From positions 64,001 to 128,000 of the IMG/VR virus record IMGVR_UViG_2595698517_000001: 64,000 nucleotides of DNA; one strand, 5' to 3'. The DNA is from a virus. Lineage: Duplodnaviria > Caudoviricetes. The notes beneath the pieces were generated by a model. That model had not been told where the DNA came from and searched no databases. It was given only the letters and a program-made list of their open reading frames with translations. Numbering within the stretch: position 1 is the first letter of the stretch; each line of letters starts with the position of its first letter. Made by a program: the position numbers and the translations under genes. This document shows positions 27,689 to 37,505 of this stretch, one piece after another.

Positions 27689-28447
27689 TTACTCTCCCTC
27701 CACTGTGAAAGGACTTTCCATACGTCTAAATCGTTTGTTATCGTTTAGAACCATATCCTCAATCATTTGTTTGTCTTTCTTAGAATCGCAAACGAGCCAT
27801 ATATTCATTTTCCAGGTAGATAGCGGCTCCTGTAAATGACAGAAACACTGGTACTTGTATTTTGCTTTTAGGTGGTACATACCATTATAAAAGATATAGT
27901 ACTTCTTATGTCTCTCTTGAATCTCATCTTCTCTTAAGGCAGGGAACGAAATTCTAACTTTATCTACGTGATAACGAAGTGGATGCAGCGAAAATAGGTA
28001 ATCGTAAATGTTTATATCGGGTAGTACAATCGGCACGTCTACAACTACGCTAGTAGCCATAGAAGCTAGGTGTACATTCATTACATCTTCCGCTGTATAG
28101 TCCTTCTTACACCGATAAATAACTTCTGACTGTGGTACTCCCGCTAACTGATTAATTACTGGGATCGGGACTCTACCGTCACTGTAATATTTGATACTGC
28201 CACCATGATTAAAAATTTTACTATGTAAAGTATCGTTAGGGTAACGTTGTTTGAATAGTAAGTAAGTTTTATCGTTACGTTTACTAAATCGAGCGGACTC
28301 TTCTTTTAGCTTGTCCATCTCTCGTTCAATCTCTTTTTCATTTAACCTTGTAACCTTTACAAACTTACTTTCCTCTTGCTTTGTTGTCAAATTTATATTA
28401 AATGTTCGATCAGTATTGTATACGTTTAATCCTTTTTTTCTAGCCAT
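27689..28447 (-). CDS. conserved hypothetical protein
   Basis: 252-aa ORF upstream of HU. Confidence 0.8.
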   Translation of the reverse strand: MARKKGLNVYNTDRTFNINLTTKQEESKFVKVTRLNEKEIEREMDKLKEESARFSKRNDKTYLLFKQRYPNDTLHSKIFNHGGSIKYYSDGRVPIPVINQLAGVPQSEVIYRCKKDYTAEDVMNVHLASMATSVVVDVPIVLPDINIYDYLFSLHPLRYHVDKVRISFPALREDEIQERHKKYYIFYNGMYHLKAKYKYQCFCHLQEPLSTWKMNIWLVCDSKKDKQMIEDMVLNDNKRFRRMESPFTVEGE

Positions 28448-28566
28448 TAGATTTCACCTCGCCCGTAAAGCTGTCTCGTTGTTGTCATCGTCATTGTAAT
28501 CTCTCCAATGTGAATATGTATTTTAGGACTTCGGCTATATCCTACTATCTTCATTATAGCACAAAC

Positions 28567-28600
28567 AAAAAAGTAGAGGAGATTCGGAAACCCCTCTACT
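28567..28600 (-). terminator. intrinsic terminator
   Basis: AGTAGAGG/CCTCTACT stem plus T-run. Confidence 0.7.
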
Positions 28601-28607
28601 TAGTGTA

Positions 28608-28817
28608 CTATTTATTATATGGATTGTATCGAGCATAGCCCAGGCACCAAACAGCGCTAACCGATACAGGTTTACTTTTATCATACTGGATTCGCTTTAA
28701 TGTTTCTATAGCTTTAACGATATTCCTAGCATCTAGCTTTATCGTACGGAACTTGTCTCCATAGAAGTACTCCATGTGCCATTTTCTCATTTCACCGTTA
28801 TGAGCTGAATTTGGCAT
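28608..28817 (-). CDS. hypothetical protein
   Basis: 69-aa ORF. Confidence 0.55.
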   Translation of the reverse strand: MPNSAHNGEMRKWHMEYFYGDKFRTIKLDARNIVKAIETLKRIQYDKSKPVSVSAVWCLGYARYNPYNK

Positions 28818-29571
28818 TGCCTAGCACCTCCGATTGTAACGCAATACTGTTAATGACAACCAATAGTTTATCGACCTTATCCTTGTCTACCTTTTCAGGA
28901 AGTTCCGATTTTTCATATGCTTGTTGCAGCTTGTCCTCATAGTAAGCTACCATTTCCATAGCTTCTTTTTGTGAATACTTCCCAGTCTTACATTCGATTA
29001 GCAGTTCCCTGTTAGGTCGGTATGTACAGAAATCATATGTCTCTAAGATTTCAATAGCAGATGTTCTTATTCTAATGCTATGACAAAACGCTCTTGTGTT
29101 ATACCCGAATTTTTCAACGATGTCAGCTCTACCCTTTTGGAACTCTTTGTCTTGACCGTTGGCAAAACCACCGAATCTACCTTTAACAAGTTTAGACAGG
29201 AATAAGTGTCTATTGTCAATTAATAGTTGACCTAGCGGACTGACTTTCATGTAGTCCTGCGGTCTTGTAAATAATAACTCAATACTGTTTGGTGAGCTTG
29301 ACATGGCATCCTTTACAAACTTGTTGATAGGGTCTACTCTAATATCTACGGAATCTTTCGTGCTTCTAAAGTTTTTCGACCCTACATTATCATAACCTTT
29401 AAAGGACTCAAGCCCTAAGTAGTAATCAATAGGTGGGATACATACACCTCTGAAGTCATGATCTGAGTCTTCTGTCTCTGTCCCGTTAGCACGAGAACCA
29501 TACGGAGCTAAAATAATCGTTCTGTCTTCCATCCAATCATAACCAACCTCATTTAAATCTAACTTTACCAT
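28798..29571 (-). CDS. Pol-beta superfamily nucleotidyltransferase (RlaP/YcgL-like)
   Basis: YGSRANGT..EDSDHDFRGV, SPNSIELL, GYNTR..HSIR. Confidence 0.85.
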   Translation of the reverse strand: MVKLDLNEVGYDWMEDRTIILAPYGSRANGTETEDSDHDFRGVCIPPIDYYLGLESFKGYDNVGSKNFRSTKDSVDIRVDPINKFVKDAMSSSPNSIELLFTRPQDYMKVSPLGQLLIDNRHLFLSKLVKGRFGGFANGQDKEFQKGRADIVEKFGYNTRAFCHSIRIRTSAIEILETYDFCTYRPNRELLIECKTGKYSQKEAMEMVAYYEDKLQQAYEKSELPEKVDKDKVDKLLVVINSIALQSEVLGNAKFSS

Positions 29572-29582
29572 CTCTTTTCCCC

Positions 29583-29795
29583 CTAGTATTTGAATCTTTC
29601 TGCTTCTTTTGAAAGCATAAATTTGTTATACATTGCTTTTGCTTTTGTCATGAATGTTGCTACTTGCTGAATCGTTGCATTCGTGTAATATACATGTTTG
29701 ACTACACCTGTTTGCGGGTCTATAAGCATAGTAATTTCTTCATCTTCAGTACTTATTTGTAAGTCACCGCAGAACATTTCTTTCTTAAGTTTCAC
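29583..29795 (-). CDS. hypothetical protein
   Basis: 70-aa ORF, GTG start; promoter TTGACC-17-TACAGT at 29828-29856. Confidence 0.65.
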   Translation of the reverse strand: MKLKKEMFCGDLQISTEDEEITMLIDPQTGVVKHVYYTNATIQQVATFMTKAKAMYNKFMLSKEAERFKY

Positions 29796-29863
29796 TGTAA
29801 CAGCTCCTTTATCTAATTTCTATAACTACTGTAACATGTGATTGTCCTACGGTCAACAATAAT

Positions 29864-30508
29864 TTACAACTGATATTCTTTCGGTGTAACTTCTTTTCCT
29901 TCTCCTCTAACATGTGGTTTAATCCATACTTGACCATTCTTTGTTTTTCTCCAATGTCCCCTAACCGTCCATTTTTCGATGTGACGCTCGTAAGAACGTG
30001 TAGCAGCTTCTAGGCTCTCTTTCGAAACAGAAACTGTGTAAACCTTCCTACGTATCTTTACGGGTGCTTTTTTCTTAGACTTCTTTTGCTTCTTATGCCC
30101 CACCACAACAGTATGCGACTTTACACTTACACTTTCTGTATCATCCTGGGAGTGTTCCATATAAGCCATTAAAGATGCATGTAACGAAATAAACACTTCG
30201 TTATACATTCGTATCATTTCTTTCTTTAACTGCGAATGTATTGCTTTCCCTTCGCCTGTGATGCTGTTCCATACCAATTCATGTGTTACAGTACCATCTT
30301 CTAGGACAACACTATACACAAATTCGTCACCTTGCTTTTGGAATACGTATCTAATATCAGGTGTATTCGTATTAATAATAACTCCTTGTTCTAGAACAGG
30401 GTTGAAGTTTCTAACAAGTTCCTGGTTAGCATCTCTCCAATCAAATAGTAATTCTGCATCCTCCTGAGAGATCACGATTCTGTCCCATTTTTCAATTGTC
30501 TTATTCAT
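29864..30508 (-). CDS. hypothetical protein with VRGHWR..WIKPH motif
   Basis: 214-aa ORF; promoter TTGACT-17-TAATAT at 30541-30569. Confidence 0.8.
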   Translation of the reverse strand: MNKTIEKWDRIVISQEDAELLFDWRDANQELVRNFNPVLEQGVIINTNTPDIRYVFQKQGDEFVYSVVLEDGTVTHELVWNSITGEGKAIHSQLKKEMIRMYNEVFISLHASLMAYMEHSQDDTESVSVKSHTVVVGHKKQKKSKKKAPVKIRRKVYTVSVSKESLEAATRSYERHIEKWTVRGHWRKTKNGQVWIKPHVRGEGKEVTPKEYQL

Positions 30509-30597
30509 GTCAACACGTCCTTTGTTTTATTGTTAACCTCATATTACATTAATGTTTTCTTAAAGTCAACAATAAATGTATAAAAAAAAAGAAGGGG

Positions 30598-30846
30598 TTA
30601 TTCCCCTTCTAGTAACTCCACGATCTCTTCTAGTTCCTCAGGCTTGAACCCTACTGATCGTTTTACCTCTACGTCATTGTCGTCTAACAGAATTACTGTA
30701 GGTACTGAACCGATGTCAAACTTTGCTGCTTCACGAGGTTCTTTAAACGCATCGATTACTCTGTACTCCTTAACTGCTCTGTCTAAATATTCTCCTACTG
30801 CTTTACATGGATTGCAACCTTCGTTTTCGAATTTAATTATTTGCAT
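30598..30846 (-). CDS. thioredoxin/NrdH-like redoxin
   Basis: CNPC, IGSVPT. Confidence 0.9.
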   Translation of the reverse strand: MQIIKFENEGCNPCKAVGEYLDRAVKEYRVIDAFKEPREAAKFDIGSVPTVILLDDNDVEVKRSVGFKPEELEEIVELLEGE

Positions 30847-31288
30847 AGATATGCTCCTTCACAAGTTTTTCAAATTCTCTCTTTTGGTACTCTCTCGGGT
30901 ACCCTTCGAATTTGTATTTGGCTAATATCGTATTCTTCTCTTTCAATACGCTTTCTAAGTAGTCTAAGGCTCCGCAGAATAGTGGGTATTCACTTCTACC
31001 ACTGCCAAACAGGATAACCTGTTTCCCTTCCATAGATTCTAATGTTTCTTGGAACCTTGCTATTTGGTGAGGGAACTCAGGCTCTTGTTGGTATGTGCTT
31101 GAATATGTACTTACACCTAGTACGATGATGTCCGCATTGTCCAGGGCACGTTGTATTTCATCCGTACCCCTAAACTTTGTAATGCGTTCTGTAAACTCAA
31201 AATCTTTGTCTTCCAGGTAATCCAGGATTCCTAACGTGTTCCCTTTTTGCGAAGATACGATCAGACTTGCAGGTTTCTTAGAGATCAA
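30833..31288 (-). CDS. flavodoxin
   Basis: SSQKGNT, GVSTY, FGSG..EY..FCGA; probable TTG start 31288. Confidence 0.85.
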   Translation of the reverse strand: MISKKPASLIVSSQKGNTLGILDYLEDKDFEFTERITKFRGTDEIQRALDNADIIVLGVSTYSSTYQQEPEFPHQIARFQETLESMEGKQVILFGSGRSEYPLFCGALDYLESVLKEKNTILAKYKFEGYPREYQKREFEKLVKEHIYANN

Positions 31289-32393
31289 AGTCGTCTTTCC
31301 CGTCTGAGTGCTTGTAGTTGATTGCGTTACCTTGTAAGAAGTCTGCTTTAGGTGCAATCGCTCCCTCAGTTTGTTTCTTACTTCCGTAGTTTACAATCCA
31401 TTTTGCTTTTAGTTCTCCATTTTCAGGGAATGGTTCTTGTAATCCTGCATTACGACAAATTAAATTAGCTAAGTACTCTGTGTAGTCGTGGTATTCTTTA
31501 ATAGAAAGCGTGTCAATATCACGGTATAACCAGGCAGACCATTCTTTCTCTAGCTGTACAGCTTCTCGTACAAAGTTCATAGAGTATTCCATATTCTCTT
31601 TTGTATTAAGCTGTGGGTTCTCTGCCATTAGAATTTGAATGATTAACCCGAATATTTCAGAGTGTTGGTTCTCGTCCGCTTTAATTAGGTTAATCATATT
31701 GTTTGATTCGAGCATTTTATTGTCACGAGCTAGTGAGTGGAAGTAAGCAAACCCACCTGAGAAGTATTCCCCTTCTAGGATTTGATAAGCTAGTAGACCT
31801 TCATAAAGCGCTTGTAGCGTTTCATCGTCCATTTCTACAACACCTGTAGCTCTTCGTTTAATGAAATATTCTGTAAGCGATACAATCATTTTGTCTAGCT
31901 TTTCAATGATGAAGTCGTTACGTTTCTTTAGTAACGGTAGCTCTCTTACTTCATTAAACGCACGTTCCTTTTCTGCGGCACCTAAAACTGTAGATGTCAT
32001 ATGCTCATAGGATACGTTATGAGTTGTTTCGAATGATGCAATGATAGTTAGCAATGTTCGTAATGACGGATCAGATGTAGCCATGAATAAATATGTAACA
32101 ACATCACTAGCCATCGAATCTAACCAGTTTAATGCACCCGAGTTATACTGATAAGCTAACTTCTCAGCATCAGTTAGTGTCTGATATTGTTCGATGTCTT
32201 TTCCCATCTGTAATTCTTCAGGAACCCAGTACTCACCAAATAGTGATTTTTGCCAGTCCAGGAATACAGGATACTTAACATCGTCCCAACTTCGAATGCC
32301 ACTAGCCTTCCCACCAAAAATCTTAGTAGGAAGGTTCGGCTGCTCTGCATCGTAGATACGGAAAGGTCGTGCTTCAAATGAATTATTAAACAT
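31278..32393 (-). CDS. nrdB: ribonucleotide reductase class I beta subunit
   Basis: WVPEE, LDS, ETTHNVSY, LEG, DENQH. Confidence 0.92.
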   Translation of the reverse strand: MFNNSFEARPFRIYDAEQPNLPTKIFGGKASGIRSWDDVKYPVFLDWQKSLFGEYWVPEELQMGKDIEQYQTLTDAEKLAYQYNSGALNWLDSMASDVVTYLFMATSDPSLRTLLTIIASFETTHNVSYEHMTSTVLGAAEKERAFNEVRELPLLKKRNDFIIEKLDKMIVSLTEYFIKRRATGVVEMDDETLQALYEGLLAYQILEGEYFSGGFAYFHSLARDNKMLESNNMINLIKADENQHSEIFGLIIQILMAENPQLNTKENMEYSMNFVREAVQLEKEWSAWLYRDIDTLSIKEYHDYTEYLANLICRNAGLQEPFPENGELKAKWIVNYGSKKQTEGAIAPKADFLQGNAINYKHSDGKDDFDL

Positions 32394-32408
32394 TGTTCTT
32401 TGCTCCTT

Positions 32409-34730
32409 TTATGCTTCACACATTACGCAATTTTCAGGTTTTTCCATGTTAGATGTGTGAGTGTAGTAAATTGTTTTTAAGCCTTTCTCCCATGCTGCCA
32501 TATCTAAACGTAACAATTCTGAACCTTTGATATTTTCAGATACGTGCATATTGTGGGAGATCGCTTGGTCTACATATTTCTGCGCTTCAGCCATAACGTT
32601 AATTGACCACATCTCGTCCATTTCGAACGCTGATTTATAGAACCACTTAGTTTGGTTGTTGTAGTTAGGTGGTACGATCAGAACGTTAATACCTGATTTG
32701 TTTTCTGTGTACATTACATCGTAAGGTGCATCAGCAGAAGGAGAACCGTTCATAATAATACTGTTTGTTGCTGTAGGAGCTACTGCGGCTGTATATCCGT
32801 TACGCATACCTTTTGCTGCAAGCTCACGGTACTCTTGCCATTCTTCTCCTACTAAACCTCTCTTATCGAAGAACTCTCCTGTTTGCCAGTCAGAACCTTC
32901 GAATAGTGGGTAAGAACCTTCTTCCATTGCTAACTTATGAGAAGCCTTAATCTGAGCTTTTAAGTAACGCTTGAATAGTTTACCTGTGAACTCAGCCGCT
33001 TCAGGAGATTCCCACGGGATTCCCATATTTGTTAGTAATGTGAATAGTCCTAGTAAACCTGCACCTACTGCACGGAATAACTCGTTTGTATGGTTCGCTT
33101 GTGGTACTGGGGTTCTGTTAAGTGAGATAACACTATCCAGTAACATAAACTGAACGTCTACTACTTCCTGGAACTCTTCGTCAGTCAAGTCATATGTATT
33201 GTGAGCCACTAACGAGCTTAAGTTACATGTTACTAGACCTTCACCTAAGATTTTAGTAACTACGTACCCTTTCTCTTCTAGCTCTTCAGAAACCTCTGTA
33301 TCGAAGTCCATAACTTGAATGATTTCTGTACATAGGTTACTTGAGAATGGCATACCTACATGACCATTTGGATTTAAACGAGCTGAAGTATCAGACCAGT
33401 ACATGTAAGGCGTTCCACCAGTTTTACGACTAGTAAAGATCGCTTTGTAAATCTCTGTAGCAGTTACTGTGCGTTTCAGTTCTAAATCAGCTTGTTCAGC
33501 CATACGGTAGTAATAAGTGAATGCATGGTCTTCTGCGTTTGGCTCTTCACCATCTTGTAACTTCTTCTTGTCGTATAAACGGTTTAGATCAATGCCTAAC
33601 TTTTTCTTAACCTCGTACGGGTCAAAGATTGTAAATACTTTCTTGTCACGTAAACGTCTCATGAACTCATCAGGGATTGTAACAGCAGTTTTGATAGAGT
33701 GTGCTCGTTTCTCCTGGGAACCAGTTTTTAAACGTAACTCTAGGAATCCAAAAATATCTGCGTGCCATACTGGTAAGTATACAGCGATACCCGCTTTACG
33801 TGTTCCTGTTTGGTTTACATACTCTGCTGTAGTAGATAGTAAACGTGATGGGTGAATAGCTCCTGTAGCTGCACCTTTGATACCACGAATCCATGAACCA
33901 CCTGCACGTAAGAATCCTAAGTAGATACCTAAGCCTGAACCATTTTGACTAAAGCGTGCAGCCTGCTCGATAACACGGAAGATACTCTTAAGGTCATCGT
34001 CCATTGTAAGGATATGACAAGATGATAATGAACCGTGTGGCGTTCCTGCATTCTTTAATGTTGGTGTTGCTAACCCGATAAGATGGTTAGAGATAACTCC
34101 ATAAGATACTTTGATAAGTGTTAATCGTTTCTCTTTTGGTTTGTCTTTTAACATATAAATAAGGGCTGTTAAGAAACGCTCCTGTGGTAACTCTACTACT
34201 TCTTTATCTTCGTTCTTCACCAAGTATGTAGCAGCTAAGGATTGTAGTCCACTGTAACTGAATAGTTTGTCTTTTTCCTTGTCGATGATGTTACCAATTT
34301 CTTTTAACTCATCTTCGCTGTATGCTTCTAATAGCTTTTCTGAGTATGTGCCTGCTTCTACTTGTTCACGAACGAACGTGTAATAATCTCCGTAACCTTT
34401 TTTGTAATCGAATCCACGGAGTTTACTAGCTTGCTTATATAAATACCTACGATAGACTGCTGCCGAGAAATAAGTTAGCTCAGGAGTTTTCGCTGTAATT
34501 CGAGAGTTTGTTTCACGAATGATATAATCAAACAATCGTACCGCTTCTACCTTCTCCTTAGATAAGATAAAGTCTAGTACCTCTTTGAAAATATCTTCAA
34601 TGATCTGTTTGTCAATCTTCTCTTTATTACTTGTCTCTTCTAATAGCTCCTGAATGAAGTTGTAAAATCTTTGGGGTTCAAACGGTTTCTCTTGAATGTA
34701 ACTCCCTCTGTCTTTCGTAATAATCGTCAC
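32409..34730 (-). CDS. nrdA: ribonucleotide reductase class I alpha subunit
   Basis: ATPTL, SSC, SNLCTEI, CNL, APTAT, KTIYY, C-terminal CxxC; GTG 34730 with AGAAAGGG RBS. Confidence 0.95.
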   Translation of the reverse strand: MTIITKDRGSYIQEKPFEPQRFYNFIQELLEETSNKEKIDKQIIEDIFKEVLDFILSKEKVEAVRLFDYIIRETNSRITAKTPELTYFSAAVYRRYLYKQASKLRGFDYKKGYGDYYTFVREQVEAGTYSEKLLEAYSEDELKEIGNIIDKEKDKLFSYSGLQSLAATYLVKNEDKEVVELPQERFLTALIYMLKDKPKEKRLTLIKVSYGVISNHLIGLATPTLKNAGTPHGSLSSCHILTMDDDLKSIFRVIEQAARFSQNGSGLGIYLGFLRAGGSWIRGIKGAATGAIHPSRLLSTTAEYVNQTGTRKAGIAVYLPVWHADIFGFLELRLKTGSQEKRAHSIKTAVTIPDEFMRRLRDKKVFTIFDPYEVKKKLGIDLNRLYDKKKLQDGEEPNAEDHAFTYYYRMAEQADLELKRTVTATEIYKAIFTSRKTGGTPYMYWSDTSARLNPNGHVGMPFSSNLCTEIIQVMDFDTEVSEELEEKGYVVTKILGEGLVTCNLSSLVAHNTYDLTDEEFQEVVDVQFMLLDSVISLNRTPVPQANHTNELFRAVGAGLLGLFTLLTNMGIPWESPEAAEFTGKLFKRYLKAQIKASHKLAMEEGSYPLFEGSDWQTGEFFDKRGLVGEEWQEYRELAAKGMRNGYTAAVAPTATNSIIMNGSPSADAPYDVMYTENKSGINVLIVPPNYNNQTKWFYKSAFEMDEMWSINVMAEAQKYVDQAISHNMHVSENIKGSELLRLDMAAWEKGLKTIYYTHTSNMEKPENCVMCEA

Positions 34731-34773
34731 TAATGCTGCACCCTTTCTAATTATGTCTGTAATGCCTATACTC

Positions 34774-34836
34774 ACTATACCACATAATATAGTGTATATA
34801 CAAGCTGTAAGCTAGAAAAAACCCTACATATAGTGT
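34774..34836 (-). promoter_or_regulatory. nrd promoter with two NrdR-box-like sites
   Basis: TTGTAT-18-TATAGT; boxes CCACATAATATAGTGT (34780-95) and ACCCTACATATAGTGT (34821-36). Confidence 0.6.
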
Positions 34837-34866
34837 TTGTATAACTATATTGTAGGGAATTTTTTT

Positions 34867-35436
34867 TTAATTCTTGTTATATTCGTCCCACTCAATGTCT
34901 TTGTACATACCAAATATGTATTCAGGCTTAAATGAAGTGAAACCATCTAGCGTTGTCAGGATAACATCAAAGTGTTGTGGCTCTTTACGGATGTTATCAA
35001 AGCTAATTCTTTGAATTGCCGCAGGATGACCATTCACCACGAGCTCTCGGTAAATATCAGGCATGTAAGGGATCAGGATATAGTCCTTATCACGATTCTT
35101 TGAGAAGATTAAACAAGGAGCCATTCCATGTTCTTTCATTCTTCGTGCGTCTGTAACTACTTGCTCCCACCATTCCTTAATCTGCCCTGTGCCCAGGAAT
35201 AAGTTATGTAAGCCCCATCCTTCACGTTTCTTACACTCGTAAACGAATGAGTTTTTACTACCTACAGGGAATACGATGTCACCGTTCATACGACTATCTG
35301 CACCCCAGGTAGAACCTCCTGCACCCGATTGGGGAACTCGGTGTACCTGTTCCCCGCTCCATGCAGCTAACTTCTTTGCTATGTCTAGTTCATATTTAGA
35401 ACCTTTAACTTTGCTGCCTTTACCCGATGATGCCAT
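34867..35436 (-). CDS. Holliday junction resolvase (PD-(D/E)xK)
   Basis: KGSKYE, RVPQSGA, GDI, ECKKRE, WWEQ. Confidence 0.85.
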   Translation of the reverse strand: MASSGKGSKVKGSKYELDIAKKLAAWSGEQVHRVPQSGAGGSTWGADSRMNGDIVFPVGSKNSFVYECKKREGWGLHNLFLGTGQIKEWWEQVVTDARRMKEHGMAPCLIFSKNRDKDYILIPYMPDIYRELVVNGHPAAIQRISFDNIRKEPQHFDVILTTLDGFTSFKPEYIFGMYKDIEWDEYNKN

Positions 35437-35439
35437 TTC

Positions 35440-35643
35440 TTAATCGTCCTCTCCGTAGTAAACTAAGAAGTCTTTATCATCTTCTTTAATTTGAATGCTG
35501 TCTACACCTGAACTAGGTTCGGCTTCAACTTCTAATAATCCGTCAGAGAATGAAAGAACATCATACACTTTACCTTTGATGTTATAAGTGCCGCAATCGT
35601 CCGATACTGTACGTAAGCAAGCTACTTTTAAAGGCTCTTTCAT
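35440..35643 (-). CDS. hypothetical protein
   Basis: 67-aa ORF. Confidence 0.7.
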   Translation of the reverse strand: MKEPLKVACLRTVSDDCGTYNIKGKVYDVLSFSDGLLEVEAEPSSGVDSIQIKEDDKDFLVYYGEDD

Positions 35644-36029
35644 TATTTTTCCTCCTTCGCAGTCTCTTCTTGCTCCTCCACTTTAACTTCAGGGTGTTGT
35701 GGCGCAAGTTGTGTTTTCGCTTCTTCTAGGAATTTGTTGTATTTTACTTTAGCATCTTTGAAGATTTTTTGGTTAGCCCCTAACTTCTCAAGTACAATAC
35801 CTTGGATACGTACTTGCTCCATAACGCTACCGATCGAAGCCTGCATGTTTTGAACTGTATAGCCTAATGCTACTTTGATAAGCGTACCTGCGTCCTCTAC
35901 AGTGATCGAGCGTTTCTTGATGTCTTCAAGTTGAGCTTTCTCTTCTTCAGTCTCTGTACCACCATCGATTAGGTAGTTTACGAATAATGCTAATTCCTCA
36001 TCTGTTAACGATTCAATCTTCTTTGCCAT
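35643..36029 (-). CDS. hypothetical protein
   Basis: 128-aa ORF. Confidence 0.75.
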   Translation of the reverse strand: MAKKIESLTDEELALFVNYLIDGGTETEEEKAQLEDIKKRSITVEDAGTLIKVALGYTVQNMQASIGSVMEQVRIQGIVLEKLGANQKIFKDAKVKYNKFLEEAKTQLAPQHPEVKVEEQEETAKEEK

Positions 36030-36354
36030 TGTCTGTTTGCTCCTCTACTTGTAAGTGTTGTAATAAATCATCTTCGTTCTCTGCAAATATCTTAAGTATA
36101 TCTGCTTGTGTTTTTGTATCTAAAGCCGAGATAACAGCTAGTAACCGTATCTCCATTAGACCTTGGTTAGCATCTATAAAGCTTGTAAGTTCGTCTGCCA
36201 TGTTAAGGAAGGCTTGTCCTACGTCCTCTAGGGTAACGTATTTCTCTCTGCCTTCCTCTTGTAAACGTAACAGCCCTTCACCGTCATGATTCTTCTTTAG
36301 GTAGATCGTATCTTCTATGTACTGGATAATCCTGTTATTAGGTGGTTTTCCCAT
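36013..36354 (-). CDS. hypothetical protein
   Basis: 113-aa ORF. Confidence 0.75.
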   Translation of the reverse strand: MGKPPNNRIIQYIEDTIYLKKNHDGEGLLRLQEEGREKYVTLEDVGQAFLNMADELTSFIDANQGLMEIRLLAVISALDTKTQADILKIFAENEDDLLQHLQVEEQTDNGKED

Positions 36355-36360
36355 ACAGCA

Positions 36361-36993
36361 TCAGCCTTTCTTCTTTGTTCCTGAAGACCCTGTTCCTTTC
36401 GTTCCTCGTACACTATCAGGTAGCTTGTCTGATTTTGTGAACTCAGCTTCTACTTTTTCCTGGAAGTGAATTTGCGCTACTCGGATATGTTTTGCAATGT
36501 ATACTGTTCCCGCAGGTACTAAGTCTACAAATACATGTTTATCTAAATAAGGGTTCAGACCTGGGTAGCCTAATTTAGTAGCTTCCTCTTCATAATCTTT
36601 ACGTGCTTTACGTAACACTTGTTTAGGAATGCTAGATACTTCGATACGGTCGCCTTTTGTATCAAATGCAAACGGTACCAAGCGGCTATCCGTAAACACG
36701 TTACGAAGGATAATGCCTAAACCATTACGATATGTACCTTCTACAATGCCTGTCCCATTCGATAAGATTAATGGAGTATCAACAGACACGCCACTGCGTA
36801 GGTTCATTTTTAAACCATACTCATCAGGATCAAAAGCTAGTTTGAAATCTGTAGGAACGACTACTGAACTAAATGTCATTGGTGGTACTAATCGCCCTTC
36901 TGAAGCATAGATGTCATAAGCGAAGTCTCCTGGGTATGCTTGAGTTGGTTTCAAACCTTCTTCAGTGTTGTACAAAACGTCTACTTTCTTCAT
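36361..36993 (-). CDS. dut: trimeric dUTPase with insertion
   Basis: AYDI, RSG, GIVEGTYR, RVAQ, RGTKGTGSSG; start MKKVDV with AGGAGG RBS. Confidence 0.85.
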   Translation of the reverse strand: MKKVDVLYNTEEGLKPTQAYPGDFAYDIYASEGRLVPPMTFSSVVVPTDFKLAFDPDEYGLKMNLRSGVSVDTPLILSNGTGIVEGTYRNGLGIILRNVFTDSRLVPFAFDTKGDRIEVSSIPKQVLRKARKDYEEEATKLGYPGLNPYLDKHVFVDLVPAGTVYIAKHIRVAQIHFQEKVEAEFTKSDKLPDSVRGTKGTGSSGTKKKG

Positions 36994-37056
36994 TAATGTT
37001 CCTCCTTGTAATATGTATACATTCAAGAGTGTATCATACAGCCTGGTTACTGTCAA

Positions 37057-37347
37057 TCACTTTTGCCATTCTGCTTTATAAATTTCACCTGTCTCAATAT
37101 TCTGTAGGTTACGTTCTGTTTCTCCGTCAATAACACGTAGCCCGTACGGTTCTAACATCTCTGAATTTTCTTCGTTATCTAGTTGACCCGAGAAAATTTG
37201 TTCCCCTGATTCTCGATCGTATACGTCAAACTCATAGTTCCAGGCAAAGTAGATTGCTTCAGCAACATCTTCTTTTGGGATGATATAAAAACATCCTTCG
37301 TCCCAATCCCACATTTTAAATTTATACTTAGCTTCCATATCGTTCAC
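37057..37347 (-). CDS. acidic hypothetical protein
   Basis: 96-aa ORF. Confidence 0.7.
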   Translation of the reverse strand: MNDMEAKYKFKMWDWDEGCFYIIPKEDVAEAIYFAWNYEFDVYDRESGEQIFSGQLDNEENSEMLEPYGLRVIDGETERNLQNIETGEIYKAEWQK

Positions 37348-37350
37348 CTC

Positions 37351-37491
37351 TTATTCACTAACTGAGTCAAATAATGTTTTTCTTATTAGACCTTCGTATG
37401 TTAATCCTTCTTTTTCTGCCTTCAGCTCAAGCTTAACCTTTAAGTTTATATCGATCATCTCTTTTATTTGTTTCATTGTTTCAGTAGTCAT
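37351..37491 (-). CDS. small ribbon-helix-helix-like protein, 46 aa (not in ORF track)
   Basis: MKQIKEMIDINLKVKLELKAEKEGLTYEGLIRKTL. Confidence 0.5.
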   Translation of the reverse strand: MTTETMKQIKEMIDINLKVKLELKAEKEGLTYEGLIRKTLFDSVSE

Positions 37492-37505
37492 TTCAATGCC
37501 CCTAT

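Noticed and set aside
31278-32393. Metal-free (class Ie) RNR beta
   Set aside because: The carboxylate/His ligands and radical Tyr are all present.
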